A stretch of 64,000 bases of DNA from a virus, in IMG/VR virus record IMGVR_UViG_3300031730_000002, positions 21,866 through 85,865 of that record; one strand, given 5' to 3'. Every line of letters starts with the position of its first letter. The stretch's first letter is position 1. A model generated the notes under the pieces. The model did not search any database, had not been told where the DNA came from, and saw only the letters and a program-made list of their open reading frames with translations. This document shows, piece by piece, positions 1 through 7,894 of the stretch. A program made the position numbers and the translations under genes.

Positions 1-1
1 C

Positions 2-3000
2 GAGATCGAGGCGGCGTGGGCCGCCTACTCGAAGTCGACTGCTGACAGCGTTGCTGCCAGCAAGGCCTCCGCGTGGGTGCGCGCCGAGAGTGCGGCCAAC
101 ACCGAGATCTCGGCAGCGATGGTGCAGTCCGACAGGGGCTTTGCTGAGCTGGCCAAGCAGTCAGCCGCGCGGCGTGTCGCTGCGGCTGAAGCGGCAGCTG
201 CGGTGGAATCCAAGGGCATCGCTGCGGCAGAGGCGTTCGCCACCAAGCAGATCCTTGCCGATCGAGCTGAGGCCGACGCGCGGTACGCCGCCGGCCTGAA
301 GGCGTCGAGCGACATCCGGCAGGCTGCGCAGACCAAGGCCCGTCAGGAGGACGCCGCGTGGGCCAGCCGTGCCCCGAAGTCGGGCATCAACGATGCGTGG
401 GACAAGATCGAGAAGGATCGGGCCACGCAGCAGGTCTCCAGCTTCAAGCAGGCCAACCAGGGCTTCAAGGCTATCGAGATGGCTGCCGCGGCCGAGCGCG
501 TCGCCGCGCACGAGAGCAGCGTTGCTGCTGAGGTGGCTGGCATCAAGGCAGCCGACGCCTTCGCCCATGCCGACATGCAGCGCCGGCACGCCAACAACGT
601 GAAGGCAGCGAAAGAGTACGCCGACACCCAAGCTGAGGTGCAGGCGCTGCGTGAGCGCGATCAGAAGCTCGATGCCGCCTTCGCAGCATCGAACGAGCGG
701 GCTCGCGCCCGCACGTTGGTGGGTGCGCGGGCCCAGCTCGACCAAGGCCTGCCGGTGGCCACGGTGCAGCAGAACTTCGGTGGGCAGGCCACGGGCCTTG
801 CCCAAGCTGCAACAAGCCTGAAGAGCCTGCAGGCCGAGCTTGCGACGGCGCCCACCAAGACCAAGATCATGTCCGCGGCGCTCAACGACCTGCACAGCGC
901 GGCGCGCGGGGTTGCATCGGGCTTTGGCGCCATGTTCCTGACGTGGGGCAACATCGCCCCGCTGCTGGCCGGCGCGGCGCTGTCCAACGCCTTCGTGCAG
1001 ACCGTCAAGCTGGGCTCGGCGGTCCAGCAGACCCTCGCGATCATCAAGGAGCTGGGCGGCAATACTGTGGCCGAGGTTGGCCAGGTGAAGGCCACGTTGC
1101 TCGACCTCGCTGCAGCGGGTCCGTATGGGCCGCGCGAGATCGCGGAAGCGTTCAAGACGCTGTCACTCGCTGGTCTCGATGCGAAGCAGCAAGTTGCGGC
1201 AATCAAGGATGTCTTGAACTTCTCGGTTGCTGGTGACCTCGGGATCGAGAAGGCCGCCGAGTCTTTGGTGACCATCGGTACTGCCTTCAAGTACACCGCA
1301 GACAACTACAACCGAGTTGGCGATGTCATCGCCAAGACTGCGGCTGTGTCTGTGGCCAGCGTTGAAGGCACGGCCAAGGCATTCGCCACTGCATCACCAC
1401 TTGCGGAACAGTATGGCATCTCGCTTGAAGATGTTGCTGTGCAGGTTGCACTGCTGAGCAACATCGGCATCAAGAACACTGCGGCCGGTACTTCGATTCG
1501 TAACTTCTACCAGCAGATCTTGGCCGAGACGCCCAAGGTCGTGAACGCGCTCAAGCAGTTGAAGTTTGATCCGCGCGACGCACAAGGCAATGTGAAGGAG
1601 TCTGTCCAGCTTGTGACCGAGCTGGCAGCTGCACTGAACAAGCTGGATAACCGCGGTCGGCAGAATGCCATTGCGCAGATCACCAACGAGCGAGGCAATA
1701 AGGATGTCGCCTCGTTGCTCGATGCTGTCAACAAGACAGTTGAGGTGAAGCAAGCAGACGGTACTGTCCAGATTTTGTCTGGCCTTCAGGCCGCCAAGCG
1801 AGCGATCGTTGATGCTGCAGGCTTCGCTTCGATCGCAGCAGCGAACATGTCGTTGACGACATCCAATCAGATTAAGGGCGTCTTCTCCGCTTTGCAGGGC
1901 TCGTTGCTGACTGCCTTCGATGAGATCGAGCCCTCGGTCCTGAAGGTTGCAGTTACTCTCAAGCAAGCGTTCAACTCCGACGACTTCAAATCGGCAGTGC
2001 AGGGTCTGGCCAGCACGGTGGCCAACCTGACGGTGTTCCTTGTTGAGCACGCTGCGGCTATTGGTGGGGTGATCGCCGCCTACATCGCCTTCAAGGGTGC
2101 GATGGCGGGTGTGGCAATCGCCACTGGTGTGCTCGCAGGTGTCACTACGCTGACCACCGCATACCGCGCAATGAAGGTTGAGGTGGCTGCCACCGCGCTG
2201 ATCTGGCCTGTGCTCAGTACCGGAATGGCTGCGACTACCGGTGTGACTGTGGCGAACACTGCAGCGACTGCCGGCAACACCATCGCGCAAGAGGCATCGG
2301 CCATTGCTACCACAGCAGCAGGTGTTGCTTCGCGCGGAGCAGCTACCGGATTTGCGCTGATGCGTGCTGCACTCGGCCCGATCGCCTTCCTGCTTGGCGG
2401 CATCGTGACCCTGTGGATGCTCTACAAGAGCACGACCGCGAGCGCTAACGTGACTTCGGCTGAGGCCGCGGACATCACCGGACGCTTGCAGGTGGAGGCG
2501 CTGGAGAAGGAGCACAAGCGCCTCAAAGAGCGCAACGACATGATCGAGGCCGGCACGGAAGCGCGCAAGGCCGACATGAACATTCAGAACGCGCAGGTGC
2601 TGGCTGAGCTGAGTGCTCAGCAGATCCGCGCGAAGAATGATGTGCAGAGCCAGGCTGATGCGGCGAAGAAGCGGCTCACTCAGGCTGAGGGTCTGAGCAA
2701 CGTTCCAGGCGCAGGGCCGGAGGCCGAGTACCTTGCGCAGAACGACATCAACAAGGCCGCAGAAGACTACCGGAAGGCACAAGCCGCGGTGCTGGCACTT
2801 GAGCAGCAACAGACTGCCCAGCTTGGGCTGGTTCGTGCTGCTCAGCGCGGCATCATGGAAGAGAGCCAGCGCCAGGAAGATCGTCGGCTGAAGGAAGCTG
2901 CGGACTCTCGCCGCACGCCAGGGACAACTCCCTTCGTTAAGGTCAAGCCAGATCTGACTGCTTTTTCTGGCGCCAAGCGTGAGTTCCAAGAAGAAGAGCA

Positions 3001-4645
3001 GATGATCGCTAAGCGCTTTGGCGATCAGCAGAAGCTGCTCGACCTGAGCAACAAGAACAAGCTGATCAGCGATGCGGCTTACGCATTTCAGTCGGAGCAG
3101 ATCGCTGACGCGCAGTACAAGGCGCAGGTCGCCGCGCTCGAACGCTATATCAGCGAGTCCGAAGGACTCATTGCAGCAATGCGCGCCAAGAACAAGGGCG
3201 GCAAGGCTGACGCAGAAGAGACCAGTCAATCGAACCTGTCGAAGAAGTACAAGGAACAGCTTGAGTTCTTGAAGGCTGAGGCCGCGCTGAAGAAGCAAGG
3301 TGGCGAGCGCAAGATCGATGACTCCTTTGACAAGGAGACTGCCAAGATCGATCAAGCTGTGACCTTGGCAAAAGCTCAGCAGCAGATCGCGCAAGATACA
3401 GCCAACTTGACCGAGCGGCAGGTCGCCTACTACACGGCTGAGAACGCCGCACTTGCGACGAGCAATGAGTTTTTGCGCGAGAAGCGCACGATCCTGACAC
3501 AGTTGCAGGATGAGATCGCTCGCGCATCTGACACCAGTCAAGGCCCGGTCGATGACCCTTATGTTGCTTATCTTCAGAAGCGTGCTGACACACTGCAGGA
3601 GCAAGTGGACAAATTCACTGTCGCCCGCAACAAGGACGCCGCCGCTCTCGGCCAGATCGCGGCTGACAACGCACAGCCCAACTGGGAGAAGATGCTCAAC
3701 GGGTTCAAGAACGTTGTGCAGCAGATGGAGTCGGCCTACAACGAAGTGGTCGAAGGCTTCGTCACGAAGGGGCAGGACATCTTCGCGGATATCGTGAAGA
3801 ACGGGAAGTTCTCATTGAAGAGTCTTCTCGATGTGATCGAGAACGCGCTGATCAAAGAGGTCTATCAGACTCAGATCGCGCCGCTCTTCGCTGACATGGG
3901 TAAGGCAGTGGCTGGTGCGATCTTTCCGCAAGGCGGCAAGAACCCCAACTACAGCAACGAAGGCAACAACTACAAGATCGGCAGTGTTGACACGGCAGCG
4001 TCTAACACATCAAGCGCGTTCACGTCTCTGCAGACCACTGGCATCACGCCCACGACCTCAGCTTTCGGCACACTCAAGCTGGCTCTCGATGCCGCGGCTG
4101 CGGCTGCCTACCGCTTGGCGAATAGCGGCGGTGGCGGTGGCTATGGTGGGTTGGGCAAAGTCACCGGTAGTGGCGGCAGCAGCGGTGGTGGAGTTGATCC
4201 TGGTGGTGATGGCGGCTACACGGACTACTACTCTGCGAAGGGGAATGTCTTTGGCTTTGCCAGGGGCGGAGCCTTCACCAACTCGATCGTGACCGAGCGC
4301 ACGCCGTTCCATTTTGCTCGCGGAGGCAAGTTTAGTCGCGGCGAGATGGGCGAAGCTGGCCCCGAGGCTGTCATGCCTCTGAAGCGAGGCGCCAACGGTG
4401 CGCTCGGCGTGGCGATGATGGGTGGTGGTGGCGGCAACAACACGTCGGTCGAGGTGCACAACTACGGCGACAGCAAGGCACGCACCGAAGAGAAGAAGAA
4501 TCCGGATGGCAGCAAGATCATTCGGGTGATCATCGATCAGACGAAGCGCGAGGTTGCAGGTGACATTCAGCGCGGGGGGCAGATTGGTGACGCGGTCGAG
4601 ACCCAGTACGGCATGAATCGGGCTAACGGCTTGCCGCGTCGCTGA
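2..4645 (+). CDS. Tail tape measure protein (5' partial, >1540 aa)
   Basis: Frame is open from the window edge; long Ala-rich helical protein with PhageMin_Tail-like core (EIAEAFKTLSLAGL...GIKNTAAGTSIRN) and lambda-type C-terminus (FARGG...GEAGPEAVMPL). Confidence 0.93.
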   Translation, partial: EIEAAWAAYSKSTADSVAASKASAWVRAESAANTEISAAMVQSDRGFAELAKQSAARRVAAAEAAAAVESKGIAAAEAFATKQILADRAEADARYAAGLKASSDIRQAAQTKARQEDAAWASRAPKSGINDAWDKIEKDRATQQVSSFKQANQGFKAIEMAAAAERVAAHESSVAAEVAGIKAADAFAHADMQRRHANNVKAAKEYADTQAEVQALRERDQKLDAAFAASNERARARTLVGARAQLDQGLPVATVQQNFGGQATGLAQAATSLKSLQAELATAPTKTKIMSAALNDLHSAARGVASGFGAMFLTWGNIAPLLAGAALSNAFVQTVKLGSAVQQTLAIIKELGGNTVAEVGQVKATLLDLAAAGPYGPREIAEAFKTLSLAGLDAKQQVAAIKDVLNFSVAGDLGIEKAAESLVTIGTAFKYTADNYNRVGDVIAKTAAVSVASVEGTAKAFATASPLAEQYGISLEDVAVQVALLSNIGIKNTAAGTSIRNFYQQILAETPKVVNALKQLKFDPRDAQGNVKESVQLVTELAAALNKLDNRGRQNAIAQITNERGNKDVASLLDAVNKTVEVKQADGTVQILSGLQAAKRAIVDAAGFASIAAANMSLTTSNQIKGVFSALQGSLLTAFDEIEPSVLKVAVTLKQAFNSDDFKSAVQGLASTVANLTVFLVEHAAAIGGVIAAYIAFKGAMAGVAIATGVLAGVTTLTTAYRAMKVEVAATALIWPVLSTGMAATTGVTVANTAATAGNTIAQEASAIATTAAGVASRGAATGFALMRAALGPIAFLLGGIVTLWMLYKSTTASANVTSAEAADITGRLQVEALEKEHKRLKERNDMIEAGTEARKADMNIQNAQVLAELSAQQIRAKNDVQSQADAAKKRLTQAEGLSNVPGAGPEAEYLAQNDINKAAEDYRKAQAAVLALEQQQTAQLGLVRAAQRGIMEESQRQEDRRLKEAADSRRTPGTTPFVKVKPDLTAFSGAKREFQEEEQMIAKRFGDQQKLLDLSNKNKLISDAAYAFQSEQIADAQYKAQVAALERYISESEGLIAAMRAKNKGGKADAEETSQSNLSKKYKEQLEFLKAEAALKKQGGERKIDDSFDKETAKIDQAVTLAKAQQQIAQDTANLTERQVAYYTAENAALATSNEFLREKRTILTQLQDEIARASDTSQGPVDDPYVAYLQKRADTLQEQVDKFTVARNKDAAALGQIAADNAQPNWEKMLNGFKNVVQQMESAYNEVVEGFVTKGQDIFADIVKNGKFSLKSLLDVIENALIKEVYQTQIAPLFADMGKAVAGAIFPQGGKNPNYSNEGNNYKIGSVDTAASNTSSAFTSLQTTGITPTTSAFGTLKLALDAAAAAAYRLANSGGGGGYGGLGKVTGSGGSSGGGVDPGGDGGYTDYYSAKGNVFGFARGGAFTNSIVTERTPFHFARGGKFSRGEMGEAGPEAVMPLKRGANGALGVAMMGGGGGNNTSVEVHNYGDSKARTEEKKNPDGSKIIRVIIDQTKREVAGDIQRGGQIGDAVETQYGMNRANGLPRR

Positions 4646-5505
4646 TGGCACTCCCGCAAATCCTTTTGCCCTACGGGACGCCACCGTTCCTGCGGGATAC
4701 GCACGAGCTTGAGACGATCTCGCTCTATGCGAACACACAGGTGCAGACCGGTGCGGCGATCCGTCGTCGCATGTGGGTCAGCGCACCGCGGTATGCCAAT
4801 GTGGTGCTTGAGCTGAGCACGCCGCTGATGGAGGACTTCGATGAGTTCTACGAAGAGACGCTGGGCGGTGGTGTCAAGAAGTTCTCTGCGCAGGTCCAGA
4901 ACCAGGGACCAGGTCTTCTGTGGTGGTCGTGCCGTTTCTTCGAGCCTTACACGGTCGAGTATCTCGGCGGCCTTTGGTGGCGTGTCTCGGCCAAGCTGAT
5001 CTTGTTCGATGAGGGCAGCGAGGATGGTCCGGAACCTACAACGCTGGTTGGTAGTGTTCGTGTTGATCTACAGGCTACTGCTTTGCTGGTGGTCGAGCAG
5101 CCGTTGAGCGGTAGCGTGACGATCGCACTTGAGTTCAATCCAAACATAACTGCCTTGTCAGGTTCGGTCGTCGCTGCGCTGGAATATGCAACCTACTTTG
5201 GACCGGCACCTGTCGGATCTGCTGCAGGTACATCGACAGTGTTGGGTGTCAAAGCTGGTCCTTTGGTTGCTGCGGCTGCAGGCACATCGACTGCATCTGC
5301 AGTCGGTCGAGGTGTTGCTTCGACGGTGGGGTCTTCGGCAGGTGCTGCCGTGGCCAGTGGGGTTGGGGGCAGCAATGTTGGTGTTGGATCTGCGGCAGGC
5401 ACATCGACTGCCAACGCTGTTGGGCCGGCTGAGTACTTGCTGCTCGAAGACGGAGTTAGCTACTTGCTGCTCGAAGACGGCGTTTCAAAACTGATTTTGG
5501 GGTAA
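4645..5505 (+). CDS. Distal tail (gpM/Dit-like) protein with C-terminal repeat extension
   Basis: Directly after the tape measure gene (TGATG overlap); FDEFYEETLGGG..F...RF..P...WRVSAKL pattern, followed by low-complexity repeats. Confidence 0.7.
   Translation: MALPQILLPYGTPPFLRDTHELETISLYANTQVQTGAAIRRRMWVSAPRYANVVLELSTPLMEDFDEFYEETLGGGVKKFSAQVQNQGPGLLWWSCRFFEPYTVEYLGGLWWRVSAKLILFDEGSEDGPEPTTLVGSVRVDLQATALLVVEQPLSGSVTIALEFNPNITALSGSVVAALEYATYFGPAPVGSAAGTSTVLGVKAGPLVAAAAGTSTASAVGRGVASTVGSSAGAAVASGVGGSNVGVGSAAGTSTANAVGPAEYLLLEDGVSYLLLEDGVSKLILG
5212..5412 (+). repeat. Intragenic GSAAGTST-type repeats (about 4 copies)
   Basis: GC(T/G)GCAGG(T/C)ACATCGAC recurs near 5221, 5275 and 5392. Confidence 0.8.
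5434..5480 (+). repeat. Tandem repeat encoding YLLLEDGVS x2
   Basis: TACTTGCTGCTCGAAGACGG at 5434-5453 and 5461-5480 (27-bp period). Confidence 0.95.
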
Positions 5506-5508
5506 GCA

Positions 5509-6054
5509 ATGGCTGATACGAAACTCACAGACCTGACCGCGATCACCAGCACGGACGGCTCTGAAGCTCTGTATGCGGTGAAGGGTGGAGTACCAGGGTC
5601 GCTCAATATCGATGTGATCTGCAATCGTGCAGTAGCGCTTGTGCCTGCAGCGCCTGAGAGCATGTACTACTTCGGCACTACGACTGATGCCACACCAACT
5701 GACCTGACAAACGACGGCACAGGCAGTTTTTCCGGCTCTAACGGTCTGCTTTTGGATTTTGGTGCTGGCCCCGGTGTCGTTGGGTATGAGGCGATGCTGG
5801 TCGCGCACTCGACAAGTGGTGAGCATCTCTTCTCGACCACGAAGAATGTGGCCAGCTATGACCTGAGCGGGCCTACGGCAGCCTTGCTTGGAACGGACAC
5901 CTTCACGGTCGTTGATGATTCTGCCGGGGCGTCTGCTTGGGTCGTGACTACGGTCGTCGACCCCACCACGATGTATCTGTACTTCCAGGTGACCGGAGAC
6001 ATTGGCACCACGATCACATGGGGCCTGCGCCTCACGCCTGTGCGCCTGCAATGA
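5509..6054 (+). CDS. Putative tail fibre/adaptor protein
   Basis: Starts with MADTKLTDLT, a motif type seen in phage fibre proteins; beta-rich; tail module context. Confidence 0.55.
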   Translation: MADTKLTDLTAITSTDGSEALYAVKGGVPGSLNIDVICNRAVALVPAAPESMYYFGTTTDATPTDLTNDGTGSFSGSNGLLLDFGAGPGVVGYEAMLVAHSTSGEHLFSTTKNVASYDLSGPTAALLGTDTFTVVDDSAGASAWVVTTVVDPTTMYLYFQVTGDIGTTITWGLRLTPVRLQ

Positions 6055-6899
6055 ACCAGTACCCTCTGACCCTGCCAGGGCCATCTAAGATCCTGCTGAA
6101 GCCGGCCGAGCGCCGCCGTGTGTCTTCGCTCAGCGAGGGCTTGCAGCAGGTGTTGGGGCGTCAGCGTGACTTCCTCGGTGTCGAGGAAGTCGAGTGGGAG
6201 TTCGTGGCATCGTACGCCGAGATCTTCGACACCTGGTGGAAGGATGAGCTGGTCTATGGTGGGGGCTGGTTCTCTGCAGGTTGGCCGTCTTCTCGCTTGC
6301 TGACTGGAGGCAACCGACGCTTCATTACAGTGCCGAAATGGACGCTGATCGGGCACGAATACTGGCGTGTGTCTGCGGACCTTGAGCTGCGCGGTGGTGC
6401 TGTGCCTATGGAGCCGGGCGGCACACGGCCCTACGATATGTATGCCTCCTTTCCGAGCCAGGCAGGGAACAACCGACTGATGTACGGCGGGTTCTCTGAA
6501 CTTACCTACCCATGGACTCTGCACGTCACTACGCACAACACTGCGGTTGATATTGCGGCAGGGCCTGTAGTTGAGTTCACTTTTACTGTGGTCAATGTGG
6601 ACACGGTGAACTTCTCAGCCCCAAGTTTCTCTCCGGTCACAAGCACAACAACCCGAACAGTCTCTCTTCGTGACTTCGATACCAACAGTGCGACCATCCG
6701 GGCGCTTAATACGCTTCCAGGCAACTTCTACACGACGCAGACCATCACAGTGCATGCGACGGTTGATGGCGTGGATATCGGGCAGGCTTTCCAACTTATC
6801 TGCAATCCGGATGAGACGACCAACTCCGGCACTGCTGTCGTCACCGGCTATCCAGGCGGGCGCACCACCTACGCTGATTACACCTGGAGCACTTTCTAA
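6051..6899 (+). CDS. Second distal-tail (gpM/Dit-like) paralogue with beta-rich C-terminal domain
   Basis: ATGA overlap at 6051; FDTWWKDELVYGGGWF...RRF..P.W...WRVSADL parallels the 4645 gene. Confidence 0.65.
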   Translation: MNQYPLTLPGPSKILLKPAERRRVSSLSEGLQQVLGRQRDFLGVEEVEWEFVASYAEIFDTWWKDELVYGGGWFSAGWPSSRLLTGGNRRFITVPKWTLIGHEYWRVSADLELRGGAVPMEPGGTRPYDMYASFPSQAGNNRLMYGGFSELTYPWTLHVTTHNTAVDIAAGPVVEFTFTVVNVDTVNFSAPSFSPVTSTTTRTVSLRDFDTNSATIRALNTLPGNFYTTQTITVHATVDGVDIGQAFQLICNPDETTNSGTAVVTGYPGGRTTYADYTWSTF

Positions 6900-7469
6900 A
6901 TGCCTGTCTACCTGCCAGCAATCAACGGCCTCAAAGTGAGCCAAGCCTACGCTGAAGCCATGTCTTCAGAGCTGATCACGCGCGTGATGGTCTTGTGCTA
7001 CGAGTTCAATCATCCCGAGTTCGTCGATGAGAACGGAGACCAGGAAGCCATCCGCATCGTCAACGAGTATCTCGACATGACGATGACGCTCGAACCTGGA
7101 GCGCCAATGAACGGAGGCGAAGCTGTGCTGTTTACCGCGCTGCCGTGCCGTGTCTCCGGGCCGAACGAAGGAGACAGCGGAGAGGCGCAAGGCATCTCAC
7201 TCGAAGTCGACGGAGTCAGCGGCGAGCTGGTCGAACGCTTGCGACTTGCACTCAACTCATCGGCGCCGGTGACAGTCATGGAGCGTATTTACGCGAGCGA
7301 TGATTTGAGCGGTCCGGCGCAGTTGCCTGTATTGCAGATGATCTTGCGCAATGTCTCGGTTGGTGATGTGACAGTCACTGCCAACCCAACGTTCTTTGAC
7401 GCGTCGAACAACCCGTTCCCTCGCACTGAGTACTCGAAAGAGGAATACGCAGGACTGGCATCGCGATGA
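6900..7469 (+). CDS. DUF1833-family tail tip assembly protein
   Basis: EFNHPEF...IRIVN...FTALP...ERIYASDDLSGP...FPRTEY; precedes NlpC gene. Confidence 0.75.
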   Translation: MPVYLPAINGLKVSQAYAEAMSSELITRVMVLCYEFNHPEFVDENGDQEAIRIVNEYLDMTMTLEPGAPMNGGEAVLFTALPCRVSGPNEGDSGEAQGISLEVDGVSGELVERLRLALNSSAPVTVMERIYASDDLSGPAQLPVLQMILRNVSVGDVTVTANPTFFDASNNPFPRTEYSKEEYAGLASR

Positions 7470-7894
7470 AACACTGGGCCTACGAACATATCGGCAAGCC
7501 TTACACGGATGGCAACGACGGCTTGCCTATGGACGGTCCTGACACGTTCAACTGTTGGGGTTTTGTGCGCTTCATCTTTCGCACGGTGCGCGGCATTGAG
7601 ATGCCGTTGGTGCACATCGATCGCTTCTTGTCTGATGATGCAGCGAATCGAGTGGCGATCCGGGAAGTCTTCTCCAAGAGCGGCTGGCGTCCAGTGAGAG
7701 ACTCGATCCCGCAGGAGTTCGACATTGCGCTGACATCGAATGTGAACGGTAGACACGTAGGCATCGCCAGTCACGTGAATGACCGTATGCATTTGATCCA
7801 TGCGATCGAGCGTGAGGGGGTGTCTGCGATCTCATTCGCGGATCTGTGGATGCTTGGATATCGCAAGCCGACTTTCTGGAGATACCAAGCGTGA
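7466..7894 (+). CDS. NlpC/P60-family tail assembly protein (gpK-like)
   Basis: IGKPY...FNCWGFV...HVGI...IHA catalytic pattern. Confidence 0.85.
   Translation: MKHWAYEHIGKPYTDGNDGLPMDGPDTFNCWGFVRFIFRTVRGIEMPLVHIDRFLSDDAANRVAIREVFSKSGWRPVRDSIPQEFDIALTSNVNGRHVGIASHVNDRMHLIHAIEREGVSAISFADLWMLGYRKPTFWRYQA

Noticed and set aside
1394-3604. 736-aa minus-strand ORF and other long antisense ORFs (e.g. 21170-22219, 29328-30458, 41970-43106)
   Set aside because: Shadow frames of genuine high-GC genes; no RBS or motifs
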